A DNA stretch of 64,000 nucleotides from Pristiophorus japonicus (GCF_044704955.1 NC_091984.1:147932001-147996000); one strand, 5' to 3'; shown: positions 50,640 to 63,740, counted from the stretch's first letter. Translations and numbers: made by a program. The notes: a model not told the origin generated them from the sequence alone.

Positions 50640-52200
50640 TAGGAGAGACATTAAAAAGCAGCACCTCAAAGGTAGTAATCCCCGGATTACTCCCGGAGGC
50701 ACCTGCTAGTGAGTACTGAAATAGGAGGATAGAGAAGGTGAATGCATGTCTGGAGAGATGGTGCAAGATGAAGGGCTTTAGATTCCTGACGCATTGGGAC
50801 CATTTCTGTTGGACCTGTACAAACTGGACGGGTTGCACCTCAACAGAGCCGGGACCAATATCCTCGCGGCGGGGGGATTTGCTCGTGCAGTTGGGGAGGG
50901 TTTAAACTAGCTTGGAAGGGGGACGGGAACCGGAGAATAGATTCAGTGGGGAGAGAAGTAAAGCTGAAATTGGGCAGCAGAGAAGTAGAAAGTGTATTTG
51001 GAAGACAGAGTAAACAAGGGCTGGAAAATAGACAACAGGCAGTTTGGCAGTGCTAAATGGTATATACTTCAATGCAAGGAGTATAGGGAATAAGGCTGAG
51101 ATGAGCTGAGAGCACAGATAGACACTTGGGAGTACGATATTATAGCTATTACTGAGACATGGCTGAAAGAAGAGCAGATATGGCAGCTCAACATTCCTGG
51201 TTACAGGGCTTTCAGACGGGATAGAGAGGGGGATAAATGGCAGCTCAACATTCCTGGTTACAGGGTTTTCAGACGGAATAGAGAGGGGGATAAAAAAGGA
51301 GGGGGGTCACAGTATTAATTAAAGAAACAATTGCAGCTGTGAGAAGGGATGATATGTGAGAGGGGTCATCAAACGAGGCCATATGGGTTGAATAGAAGAA
51401 CAAAAAAAGGGGCGATCACACTACTGGGACTGTACTGTAGACCCCCAAACAATCGGAGGGAGATAGAAGAACAAATATTTGGGCAAATTGCTGCGAAGTG
51501 CAAAAACTATAGAGCTGTAATAGTGGGGAATTTCAACTACCCGAATATTAACTGGGAAAAAAGTAGTGTGAATAGTGCAGAAATTGTTAAAATGCATTCC
51601 GGAGAATTTCTTTAGCCAGTATGTAACAAGTGTACCAGATGGCGGGCGGTCGAGGGGGTCGTTCAGCCCGAATGCCTGCCTCTTTTCTGCGGGTACATTC
51701 GAGCCACGGTGTCCCTGGAGATGGAGCACGCGGTGTCCAGCGGTACGCTCGCAGCCTTCCGCGAGAGGTGGGCACCGGAGGGACTGGAGTGTGTCATCAC
51801 CCCCGGCAACCAAGTTTTAATTTGATCCTTTAAATGTCAAAAGTTTAATTTGTTTAATGTGTCGGTTTGAGTGCACCTTTAAGAATGAGGCACTTTATTC
51901 ATCGTTTCATCAATATAGTTGTAACAAGTCCAACAAGGGAGGGGGCGGTTCTGGACTTGGTTTTGGGAAGTGAAGAGGGGCAGGTGGAAAGGGTATCAGT
52001 GGGAGAGCATTTTGATGCCAGTGATCATAAATCAGTTAGATTTAGTGAAGTTATGGAAAAGGACAAAGGTGGACCTGGAATAAAAGTTTTCAATTGGGGA
52101 AAAGCCAATTTTGCTGAGCTGAGATGGGATTTGGCCAAAGTGGACTGGAAACAGCTACTTGATGGTAAATCAGTGTCAGAGCTGTGGGAGGTGTTCACGG
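50640..52200 (+). mobile_element. CR1 ORF1-end/endonuclease fragment with a nested Tx1 3' end (51632-51919)
   Basis: DGLHLNRAG, IVGNFNYPNINW and LDLVLGS. The Tx1 piece matches 8345-8570 and is flanked by TGTAACAAGT repeats. Confidence 0.8.
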
Positions 52201-55200
52201 AGGATACCTCTACCACCCTTTCAAGCAGTGAGTTCCAGACCCCCACCATCTTCTGGGTGAAGTAATTTCCCCTCAAATCTCCTCTATACCTCCCCCCAAT
52301 TACTTTAAATCTATGCCCCCTGGTTTTTGACCCCTCTGCCAAGGAAATCAGGTACGTCCTATCCACTCTATCCAAGCCCCTCATAATTTTATACACCTCA
52401 AGCAGGTCTCCCCTCAGCCTCCTCTGTACCAAAGAAAACAACCCCAGCCTATCCAATCTTTCCTCATAGTTAAAATTCTCCAGTCCAGGCAACATCCTCG
52501 TAAATCTCCTCTGTGCCCTCGGTTTAACGTCTCATCCGAAGAAATCGTACTGTTAATTAAACACTGAAGGCAAGAACTTTGAAATGGTGGGAATACTCAA
52601 TGTATAAAGACAGGAACATTGTAAACATTGATTGTGACATCATGCACTCACAACCTCCCCATAGTATGCACAATGTGAGCACCAGACCCGAGGACAGAAC
52701 CCAAGGAGATGTGCCCAGCACCAATCCAGGACAATGATCAATGTAAAGCCAAAGCTGAATGTTATCAGGGCTGCTTTGCCGATGATTGCCCTGTGATCGC
52801 GGGCACCAGCAGCACACACACCTCTTGTGGGTACAGTCGTGTTGTGGTTATGTTGCTGCAGAGCACTCCACAGGCCTGCACTAATAATCCCCACAATCTC
52901 ACCATGGCCCTTTGACTATTTCAATTCAGCTCTTTTTTAAATGCTGGAAATAAAAAGCTGGTCTCAGTAAAAGTGACCACAAAGCTGTCAAATTGTCACA
53001 AAAGCCCAATTGGTTCAGTGACATCCTTTAGGGAAGGAAACCTGCCGTCCTTGCCACATAAAAGGTTACTGCCCAAGATAAGAGCTCACGGGGTTGGGGG
53101 TAATATATTAGCATGGATAGAGGATTGGCGAATGAACAGCAAACAGAGAGTCGGGATAAATGGGTCATTTTCAGTTGGCAAACTGTAATTAGTGGGGTGC
53201 CGCATGGATCAGTGCTGGGGCCTCAACTATTTACAATCTATATAAATGACTTGGATGAAGGGACCGAGTGTAATGTAACCAAATTTGCTGATGTACAAAG
53301 ATAGGTAGGAAAGCAAGTTGTGAGGAGGACGCAACGATTCTGCAAATTGATATAGACAGGCGAAATAAAAGGGCAAAGATTTGTCAGATGGAGTATAATG
53401 TGGGAAAATGTGAGGTTATCCACTTTGGTAGGAAAAACAAAAAAGCAGATTATTATTTAAATGGGGAGAGATTACAAAATGCTGCGATACAGTTCATTGA
53501 TATCTTCCTGCAGTCTACAGCTTTCTTCTTCATTATCAACCACACAGCCGATTTTAGTATCATCTGCAATCTTCTGAATCATACTCACGACATTGAAGTC
53601 TAAATCACTGATATATACCACAAAAAGCAAGGGACCCAACACTGAGCCCTGCAGAACCCCACTGGAAACAGCCTTCTAGTCACAAAAACACATATCAACC
53701 ATTACCCTCTGCTTCCTGCCTCTGAACCAATTTTGGATCCAACTTGTCACTTTGCCCTGGATCCCTGGGCTTTTACTTTCATGACAAGTCTGCCATGTGG
53801 GACCTTATCAAAAGCCTTGTTAAAATCCATACACACGATATCATATGCACTGCCTTCATCGATCCTCCTGGTTACCCCCGCAAAAAATTCAATCAAGTTA
53901 TTCAGACATGACCTTCCCTTAACAAATCTATGCTGACTGTCCTTGATTAATCCGTGTTTTGTTCAATGAAGATTCCTCCTATCCCGCCCCCGAGGTTAGG
54001 CTGACTGACCTTTAGTGACTCGAACTATCCCTTTCTCCCTTTTTAAACAAAGGTACCACGTTTGCAGTCCTCCGGTACCTGGGATTGCAATGTCAGCATC
54101 ACCCCTCTCGGCCAGCTCGGTCAGTAGTGGTGCTACCGAGACACTCTTGGTGATGGACAGTGAAGTCCCCCACCCAGAGTACATTCTGTGCCTTTGCTAC
54201 TCTCAGTGCTTCTTCCAAGTGGTGTTGAACATGGAGGAGTATTGATTCATCAGCTGAGGGAGGGCGGGAGGTGGTAATCAGCAGGAGGTTTCATTGCCCG
54301 TGTTTGACCTGATGCCATGAGACTTGATGGGGTCCGGAGTCAATGTTGAGGACTCCCAGGGCCACTCCCTCCCGACTGTGTACCACTGAGCTGCCACCTC
54401 GGGTGATGGAGGAGTCTGGGACATTGGCTGAAAGGTATGATTCTGTGAGTAGGACTGTGTCAGGCTGGTGCTTGACTAGTCTGTGGGGCAGCTCTCCCAG
54501 TTTTGACACAAGTCCCCAGATGTTGGTGAGGAGGACGTTGCAGGGTCAGCACTGAGCCTGGGTGCGCTGTCCTAGCCGGTCCGAGCTGCTGTTATTCTGC
54601 CTGATTGGACGGTTATTATTAGAGATTCAGACCACAGCAGAAATCCCCCGTGCAAAAAATAACTGAAGAGACTGTCAGATCGGAAGAATGAAACTTCACC
54701 CACAGAAGAAGTGAAAGAGGGAGGTTGTCACAGCTGTACGTTTGTTAATGACACGGGAGAAAACTGTGAACCGCGCTCAAAGCCGAGAATCTTACAGCAC
54801 AGAAGGAGGCCATTCGGCCCATCATGCCTGTGCTGACTCTTTGAAAGAATTACCCAATTAGTCCCACCCCCCCCTCTCTTTCCCCGTAACCCAGCAAATT
54901 GTTCCTTTTCAAGTATATATCCAATTCCCTCAGCATTAGACTGCCCCTAACCTGGGCACAACATTGGCATCTCATTCATTCACTGGGAACAGGAAATGGC
55001 TGTTGTGGAAAATGGAGCCCAGGGCTCTGAACATTCCCCCTCCTCTCCTGAGGAATGCTTCATGCTGGGGTCCAGTTCCATGGGCCCCGACAGCAAGTTC
55101 CGACCTCACCCACTTCCCCATTCCAAGTGTGTAAGCCTGGACCCTCTCAGCACGATATCTGACTGCTGGAGGCCCCACCACTGTGTTCAGCACTGTCCTC

Positions 55201-55389
55201 ACCCGAAACCCACACGCAGCCTGCATTGATCTGGGGCCTTTAACGTGCCAAAGGTCTCAAGACACTTCACATCGCTGCTGTAAAAGTGGGGAGAGTGGGG
55301 GTTCAGGGGGCTTTAGGAAGGATGATTGATGGCCTGGGTGAAAGAATGGTTTTTGATGAAGGAGAGAGAGCTAGAGAGGGGGAGGGATT

Positions 55390-57850
55390 AGAACATAAGG
55401 AATAAGAGCAGGAGTAGGCCATACGGCCCCTCGAGCCTGCTCCGCCATTTAATATGATCATGGCTGATCCGATAATGGACTCAATTCCACTTCCCTGCCT
55501 GCTCCCCATTACCCCTTATTCCCTTATCGGTTAAGAAACTGTCTATTTCTGTCTTAAATTTATTCAATGACCCAGCTTCCACAGCTCTCTGAGGCAGCGA
55601 ATTCCACAAATTTATAACCCTCTGAGAGAAGAAATTCCACCTCATCTCAGTTTTAAATGGGCGGCCCCTTATTTTAAGATTATGCCCTCTCGTTCTTGTC
55701 TCCCCTATCATTAAAAACATCCTCTCTGTATCCACCTTGTCAAACCCCCTCATAATCTTATATGTTTTGATAAGATCACCTCTCATTCTTCTGATTTCCA
55801 ATGAGTAGAGGCCCAACCTGCTCAACCTTTCCTCATAAATCAATCCCCTTATCCCTGGAATCGACCTAGTGAACCTTCTCTGAATTGCCTCCAAGGCAAG
55901 TATGTCCTTTCTTAAATATGGATACCAAAACTTTATGCAGTGTTCCAGTTGTGGCCTCACCAATACTCTGTATAACTGTAGCAAACACTTCCCTGCTTTT
56001 ATACTCCATCCCCTTTGCAATAAAGGCCAAGATTCCATTGGCCTTCCTGATCACTTGCTATACCTGTACACTAACCTTTTGTGTTTCATGTACCAGGACC
56101 CCCAGGTCCCACTGTACTGCAACACTTTGTTATTTTTCCCCACATAAATAATAACTTGCTCTTCGATTTTTTTTCTGCCAAAGTGTATAACCTCACACTT
56201 TCCAACATTATACTCAATCTGCCAAATGTTTGCCCACTCACTTAGCCTGTCTATATCCTTTTGCAGCATTTTTGTTTCCTCCTCATACCTTGTTTTTGCT
56301 CCTATCTTTGTAGCATCAGCAAACTTGGCTACATTACACTCGGTCCCGTCTTCCAAGTTGTTAATATAGATTGTAAATAATTGGGGTCGCAGCACTGATC
56401 CCTGTAGCACCCCACTAGTTACTGATTGCCAACCCAAGAATGAACCATTTATCCCAACTCTGATTTCTGTTAATTAGCCAATCCTCTATCCAAGCTAATA
56501 TATTTCCCCCCAACCTCATTAACTTCTATCTTGTGCCTTTTATGTGGCACCTTATCGAGTGCCTTCTGGAAATCCAAATACACCACATCCACTGGTTCCC
56601 CTTTATCCACCCTGCTATTTAAATCCTCAAAGAATTCCAGCAAATTTGTCAAACATGACTTCCCCTTCATAAATCCATTCTGACTCTACCTGACTGAATT
56701 ATGTTTTTCCAAATGGCCTGCTACTGTTTCTTTAATAATGAACTGCAACATTTTCCCAACCACAAATATTAGGCTAACTGATCTATAATTTTCTGCTTTT
56801 TGTCTGCATCCTTTTTTTAATAGGGCATTACTTTGCAGTTTTACAATCTGCTGGGATCTCCCCAGAATCCAGGGAATTTTGGTAAATTACAATCAATGCA
56901 TCCACTATCCCTGTCACTACTTCTCTTAAGACCCCAGGATGTAAGCCATCAGGTCCAGTGGATTTATCCGCCTTTAGTCCCATTATCTTACTGAGTACCA
57001 CCTCCTTCGTGATTGTGATTGTGTTAAGTTCCTCCCCGCCACTATAAACCCCTGACTATGCACTATTGGGATATTTTTAGTGTCTTCTGCCGTAAAGACT
57101 GCTTCAAAATATTTGTTCAGAGTTTCTGTCATCTCCATGTTCCCCATCACTAATTCTCCGGTCTCGTCCTCGAAGGGACCAACATTGACTTTAGCCACTT
57201 TTTTCTTTTAGTGTACCGGTAGAAACTCTTGCTATCTGTTTTTATATTTTGTGCTAGTTTACTTTCATTTTCCCTTTATTAATCATTCTTTACTCATTCT
57301 TTGCTGGATTTTAAAAGCTTCCCAATCTTCTGCCCTCCCACATTGTATGCCCTTTTTTAAAAAAAAATTGGATACCGTCCTTTATTTCTTTAGTTAGCCA
57401 TGGATGGCTATCTTTTCTTTTGCACCCTTTTCTCCTCACTGGAATATATTTTTCTTGAGAGTTATTAAATATCTCCTTAAATATACGCCACTGTTCATTA
57501 ACCGTCCTACATTTTAATCTATTTTCCCAGTCCACTTTAGCCAACTCTGCCCTCATACTTTGTAGTCTCCTTTATTTAAGCTTAGTACGCTTTCTCACCC
57601 TCCATCTGAATTTGAAATTCAACCATGCTATCATCACTCATTGCAAGGGGATCGTTGACTGGGAGATTGTTTATTAATCCTGTCTCATTACACAGGACCA
57701 GATCTAAGATAGCCTGTCCCCTGGTTGGTTCTGTTACATACTGCTCAAGGAACCCATCCCTTATGCACTCTATGAACTCTTCTTCAACGCTACCCTGACC
57801 AATTTGATTTATCCCATCAATATGGAGGTTAAAAATCACCCATTACAAGT
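55390..57850 (-). mobile_element. CR1 LINE ORF2
   Basis: Consecutive broken ORFs with EN and RT motifs and a CR1 3' tail. Confidence 0.9.
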
Positions 57851-58470
57851 CATACCACGACAACTTCCAGCGCGAGCTGCTCCATGTGAGCAACGGCTTC
57901 GAGGTGGGCGATTGGGTGACGTCATCAGAACCCAGGTCGCCATTTGGAGTGTAGGCAGGAGCATCAGCTGGGCCCAGGTAAAGCAGAGAAGCTGGAAGGT
58001 CGCGGCGGAGGTGTGGTGAGTGATCGAGGTGGAGGAGCGATGAGGGATCGTGGCTGAGATTCGGTGTGTGATCGTGGCAGAGGTCCGGCAAATGTTTAGT
58101 GCTGAGGAGCGGCGAGAGATCGTGGCAGAGGTGTGACTAATGAGGGTTCGGAGCCCAAAAGAGCCGAGGGCCCAGGGGCAGCACGGGCCAGCCCACACTG
58201 TGATATGTATGCGCACTAGGTCTGTGCAGCAGAGCAGGTCTCCAGTCGTCCTGGTTTACCCTTGCCACTGGATAAAGGCATAGCTCTTTCAAGGCCGTGT
58301 GGTGGCTGATGTGCAACAGTCACCACATGTTAAAAAAGATCTACACACCACATCTTCCACCCCCTCAATTGGCGTTCAGGTCTAGAATATCGGGTTCTTC
58401 ATTGAGACATCTCTGAACTCATTTGAAAGCAAGTCATCCTCGTTCGAGGGATCACCGAAGATGATGATGA

Positions 58471-58605
58471 GTAGGTCAGTGAGGTCAGGGGCAGTAGGTC
58501 AGTGAGGTCATGGGCAGTAGGTCATGAGGTCAGGGGCAGTAGGTCAGTGTGGTCAGGGGCAGTAGGTCAGTGAGGTCAGGGGCAGCAGGTCAGTGAGGTC
58601 TGGGG
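58471..58605. repeat. 23-bp minisatellite of AGGTCA direct repeats (6 units)
   Basis: Unit GTAGGTCAGTGAGGTCAGGGGCA. Confidence 0.9.
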
Positions 58606-58614
58606 CCAATATGT

Positions 58615-59200
58615 GAGTGAGGGGGGGGGGAGAGAGGAGGGGAAGTGAGGGGGAGGGGGGGAGAGAGGAGGGGGAGTGAGGGGGAGGGGGGTGAGAGAGG
58701 AGGGGGGGAGGAGATGGGGGAGAGACGAGGGGGAGAAAGGCGGGGGAGGGAGGGAAGGGAGGGAGTGGAGGGGGGGAGGGGAAGGGGGGAAGGGGAGGAG
58801 GAGAGGGGANNNNNNNNNNNNNNNNNNNNNNNNNNNNNNNNNNNNNNNNNNNNNNNNNNNNNNNNNNNNNNNNNNNNNNNNNNNNNNNNNNNNNNNNNNN
58901 NNNNNNNNNNNNNNNNNNNNNNNNNNNNNNNNNNNNNNNNNNNNNNNNNNNNNNNNNNNNNNNNNNNNNNNNNNNNNNGTCGGCGGTGGGAGGGAGGGGG
59001 GGAGAGAGAGAGGGGGGGAGGGGGAGGGGGAGGGGGAGGGGGGAGAGGGCGGGCCAAGCGTCGGCGGTGGGAGGGAGGGGGGGAGAGAGAGAGGGGGGGA
59101 GGGGGAGGGGGAGGGGGAGGGGGGAGAGGGCGGGCCAAGCGTCGGCGGTGGGAGGGAGGGTGGCATGAGCGTCTCCGGGGGGGAGGGAGGGTAGGAGGGC
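58615..59200. repeat. G-rich tract with 81-bp repeats and an assembly gap (N at 58810-58978)
   Basis: Poly-G runs. GTCGGCGGTGGGAGGG at 58979, 59060 and 59141. Confidence 0.9.
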
Positions 59201-59499
59201 CGAGCGTCGGCGGGGGTAGGGAGGCACGAACGTCACCGGGAGGAAGCCTGTACGTAAGGGCGTGGCGTGAAGTTCGGGCTGAAACCTGTGGATGGAGGGG
59301 GTTGAGGCTCACAGCCGTTGAGATCACCGGGGATTGGTCGGAGAAGCTGAGTCGGCCAATGGGGAGTGAGAAATGAGAAGCGAGGGTCCAGCTGGAGGGA
59401 CATGGCAGCAGGCAGGTCGACCTGGAAGGTAGGCTGAGTATGGGGGATAGGCAGTGGGTCCTTGTGCGCGGGATTTTAGGGCTTTAGGGGTAGGTAAAA

Positions 59500-60815
59500 T
59501 ACTTTCACCGCAGTCAAGTCCACCAAAGGCCCAAGGCCCCACCCAACTGCTGGCTAAGAACAGGGAGACACTCACCAAGGACACCGAGGCAGTCAGGACT
59601 CACTGGAAGGAGAACTTTGAAGATCTCCTTAATTGAGACTCAGCCTTAGACACGACTGTCCTCGACTCCATTCGCAGCATGCTACCCGCAACCTTCTCAG
59701 TAAAATCCCAGCCCTGCACGAGGTTGAAACATAGAAACATTGAAAATAGGTGCAGTCATAAGCAATTTGGCCCTTTGAGCCTGCACCACCATTCAATAAG
59801 ATCATGGCTGATCATTCACCTCAGTACCCCTTTCCTGCTTTCTCTCCATACCCATTGATCCCTTTGGCTGTAAGGGCCATATCTAACACCCTCTTGAATA
59901 TATCCAATGAACTGGTATCAACAACTCTCTGCGGCAGGGAATTCGACAGGTTAACAACTCTCTGAGTGAAGAAGTTTCTCCTCATCTCAGTCCGAAATGG
60001 CCTACCCCCTATCCTGACTGTGTCCCCTGGATCTGGACTTCCCTAACATTGGGAACATTCTTCCCTGTCCCGTCCTGTCAGAATCTTAAATGTTTCTTTG
60101 AGATCCCCTCTCATCCTTCTAAACTCCAGTGTATAAAGTCCCAGTTGATCCAGTCTCCCCTCATATGTCATTTGTCAGCTCAAGAACAATAATGCATCGG
60201 GAGCGGATGGAATCGCTGCTGAGGCATTAAAGTATGGCAGAGAGGCACTATTGGCACGAATACATAACCTCACCTCTCTCATCTGGAGGGAGGAGAGCAT
60301 GCCGGGAGATATCCGAGATGCAGTAATCCTGATCCATCTTTGAAAAAGGGGACAAGTCCGACTGCGGCATCCGCAGAGGAATCTCCCTGTTATCAGCCAC
60401 TGGGAAAGTCGTCGCTAGAATCCTCCTCGACAGTCTTCTCCCTGTGGCTGAGGAGCTCCTGTCGGAGTCACAATGCGGATTCCGTCCACTACGGGGTACA
60501 ACGGACATGATATTTACAGCGCGACAACTGCAAGAGAAAAGCAGGGAACAGCACCAACCTTGTCCATGGCCGGCTTTCACCTTACAATGGCCTTTGACAC
60601 TGTTAACCACAAGGGTCTGTGGAGTGTCGTCCTCCGTTTCGGCTGCCCCCCAAAAGTTTGTCGCCATTCTCAGTCTGCTCCACGATGACATGCAGACCGT
60701 GATCCTGACCAATGGATCCATCATAGACCCAATCCACGTCCGGACCTGGATCAAGCATGGCTGCGTCATCGCGCAAACTCTCTTCTCGATCTTCCTCACT
60801 GCAATGCTCCTCCTC
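59500..60815 (+). mobile_element. RTE-clade LINE RT fragment with a nested CR1 tail (about 59730-60170)
   Basis: AEELLSESQCGFRPLRGTTDMIFTARQLQEK and KHGCVIAQTLFSIF. Confidence 0.85.
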
Positions 60816-60819
60816 ACAC

Positions 60820-61045
60820 TATTGGAGGACTAATAGGAAGGAGCCATGTTTCCTGGTCCCTATTGTGAGACCAATAGGAAGGGGCCATGTTTCGTGGTCC
60901 CTACAGGAAGGCCAATACAGGAAGGAGCCATGTTTCTTGGTCCATATTGGGGAACCAATAGGAAGGATCTATGTTTCCTGGTCCCTATTGGGGGACCAAT
61001 CGGAAGGAGCCATTTTTCCTGGTCCCTATTGGAGGACCAGTGGGA
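60820..61045. repeat. 41-bp palindromic minisatellite upstream of the V promoter (about 5.4 copies)
   Basis: Unit TATTGGGGGACCAATAGGAAGGAGCCATGTTTCCTGGTCCC. Inverted array at 32090-32265. Confidence 0.9.
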
Positions 61046-61664
61046 CATGGAGTCCATGGTCGACGTTGAGTGCGGACCCTTCCTGTTGTAAATGTGGGAT
61101 CGTTGGCACCTGATCCCAGTAAAAACACCCTGACCCGGAGCGGGGCCATGGAAGGAGAAGCAGAGGGGAAGGGATTCGAAGATGTTCTGAGCGGACAGGT
61201 TGGGGCAGTGGGTCAGACCCTGTCCAGTCGCTTCAGCTCACACTGATGGGGTGAGGATCTCCTTGCTCTGCTGGGCCTTCATGAAATGTGCTTTCTGTCC
61301 AAACCGGTCCCCACTGAGAAGAGGCCCACAGCACAGAACGGCTCTTAATTGGGCAATAAGCAGCCAGTGTAATGAGAGAGGCCAAGGGATGGCCATTGTG
61401 GGGAATAGGCCCTGACTCCAGGAGAAGGCATGGTCTGGGGTCAAGGGTTAATTGGTGGGGCAGGGCACAGGGAGGTTTACTCTGCAGTTCAGTGTGCTGC
61501 ACCTGGGAGTCTGTGGGGGAGGGACAGGGAGCGAGAGAGAGGCTGTGAATCAGAGTCAGAGAGGTGTAGAGGGAAGCTGTGAGACAGAGGGCGATGAAGG
61601 CTGAGACAGACAGACAGACAGAGAGACAGAGACAGGGAGAGGGACTGCGGGAGGGAGAGAAGAG

Positions 61665-61761
61665 GAGGAAGTGAAATGTGCTGATGTTGCTTTCTCTGGG
61701 TGAAGACATTTACATACTGAGGGATGGGCAGTGAGGCTCTCACAGGCTGCAGGTTTATAAA
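61665..61761 (+). promoter_or_regulatory. V-kappa promoter: Ets-IRF composite site, variant octamer, TATA
   Basis: GAGGAAGTGAAA 61665-61676, ATTTACAT 61708-61715 (consensus ATTTGCAT) and TATAAA 61756-61761, about 60 bp before the ATG. Confidence 0.75.
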
Positions 61762-61820
61762 GCAGAGCCCAGTGAAGGGCAGTTTATCAGTAAGCAGGCA
61801 CAGGGACAGGAGCAGAGACC

Positions 61821-61869
61821 ATGATTTCACCCATCCAGCTGATCTGGCCTCTGGCATTCTGCGTCGCAG
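61821..61869 (+). CDS. IGKV: Leader exon, cluster 2
   Basis: Good Kozak context GACCATG. MISPIQLIWPLAFCVA(G), phase-1 donor G/GT at 61870, 180-bp intron to AG at 62048-62049. Confidence 0.95.
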
Positions 61870-62049
61870 GTACCAATCTCTCTCCTTCCACGTTTAATAT
61901 CTCCCTGCTGTCGATTCTTTCCAACTCTACTGACCAGTGATTGAAGGGCAAATGCTGACACTAGAGGAGAGCTCAGTGTCTCGAGCAATCTCTCATTTTA
62001 CAGCGTCTTTCTGTGACAGTGCTTACTTCACTTTTTTTCCCCATTTCAG

Positions 62050-62348
62050 GTATCAGTGGGGACATCATCATGACCCAGTCTCCCCCGGTGCTGTCAGTGA
62101 GTGAGGGACAGACTGCAAAGATCACCTGTCCTGCCAGTGCATACATTGGTGCTGCCCTTGCTTGGTTCCAGCAGAAAGCCGGGCAGAGACCCACTCTGCT
62201 GATCTATGCGGCAACATCTCGTTTCACTGGAACCTCCGATCGCTTCACCGGCAGTTACCAGTCCAACACGTTCACCCTGAGCATCAGCAACGTGCAGAGC
62301 GAGGATGTCGCAAACTATTACTGTCAGCAAGGGGAAAGCTTCCCTCTA
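62050..62348 (+). CDS. IGKV: Ig kappa V exon, cluster 2
   Basis: (G)[42 protein letters not shown]...YYCQQGESFPL, open and intact. Confidence 0.97.
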
Positions 62349-62376
62349 CACTGTGATACACAGCCGGACAAAAACC
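62349..62376 (+). other. 12-RSS (V2)
   Basis: CACTGTG, 12 nt, ACAAAAACC. Identical to the V1 RSS. Confidence 0.95.
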
Positions 62377-63666
62377 TCAATATACACAGGCCCACCTCCT
62401 GTATTGACTCACCCCACAGTTATATATAATATATAATAATGGACACACAGCCCCAACTCCTGTACGGTTTTACACATGACTGAAACACAGATCGATGGGA
62501 GTGATGACAGGAATATTCAGCTGGAAGCTGCAGTGAATTGGGAAAGGATGGAGTGGGTCAGAGAGGAGTTGGGGCTGTGTATTCATCACTGACAATCTCA
62601 CAGCTCTACTCTGTACATTCAGACAGCACGGAGACACTGGGTGGTCCTGTGTGCTCAATCCAAATAATCTCACAAACCCCCCACTATTGAGAGGGCCACA
62701 ACTTATAAAACCCAAGGCATAAACATGAAAGGAAAGTGAACAAGTGAAATGTTCGTGCTCTTTCCCTGCCCACCCCACACTCCAGGCCCTGCGGTGCCCA
62801 GCCATCGCAGAGGCCTCAGGCCTACCCTAGGCTCTGTCCCCACGGCCAGCTGGATGTGGACAAAGCATCTGAAGGGAGGGAGACAGGCAGACAATGCAAT
62901 CACCCCTTGGGCCCTGTGGATGGCCACCTTGGCCCGATCCAGGAGCAGGCCCACGGGGAGGCCCTCCGACCTGTCCGATTCCCCTACACCGGGTGACCAG
63001 GCCCAGGAGCGTGGGACTGAAGTGGAGCCAGAAATTGAGGAGCAGCCCCTTCAAATAGTGGAAGAGGGGCTGCATCCTCTCACACTCCACATACACACGG
63101 GTCACGGACTGAGGAAACAGGTTTCTAAAGCCCCTGAAACTCGTTATTTTATAATGATCCCGAGGAAGGCCTGTGTCAGCAACACAAACATCTTGCTTGC
63201 AGACGGAGCCCATTGTTCAAGGGGCACAAAGAGGTGAGCCCTATGTGATGGGGACTTTCATTCTCCAGCAATTCCGTGGCCCCAGGGTTACCGTCTGATG
63301 GGGCGGGAAGGGCAGCTGGGAGATTTGTCCCAAACACGTTGGATCCCCAACTCTCCCGGGCACTGCCACAGGAAACTCGTCACAGAGAGAGAGGGAGAGA
63401 GTGAGTGAGGGACAGGGAAAGAGAGTGAGTGAGGGACGGAGTGAGGCAGAGTGAGTGAGTGAGTGAGGGAGGTGGAAGGGGAGAGGGAGGGAGTGAGAGA
63501 GGCAATCAGAGAGAGAAACAGAATGAGAGAGAGAGAGAGAGAAAAAGTGAGGGAGAGTGAGACGCTGAAAAAGACACAGACACACACACACAGACACAGA
63601 CACAGACACAGACACTCACACACAGACAGAAAGAGGGGGAGACAGACTGAGTGAGCCAGGGACAGA

Positions 63667-63705
63667 GGATATTGTACAACAAATGCACTGGAAGCTGTCA
63701 CTGTG
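63667..63705 (-). other. 23-RSS (J2)
   Basis: GGATATTGT, 23 nt, CACTGTG. Confidence 0.92.
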
Positions 63706-63740
63706 GCTTACGTTCAGTAAAGGAACCAAGCTCAGACTGA
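63706..63740 (+). CDS. IGKJ: Ig kappa J segment, cluster 2 (FSxG variant)
   Basis: LTFSKGTKLRL then A/GTAAGT. Confidence 0.93.

Noticed and set aside
52545-52915. Non-repetitive-looking segment with short hydrophobic or Cys-rich ORFs
   Set aside because: No recognisable family or splice structure. A BLASTx search would be needed.
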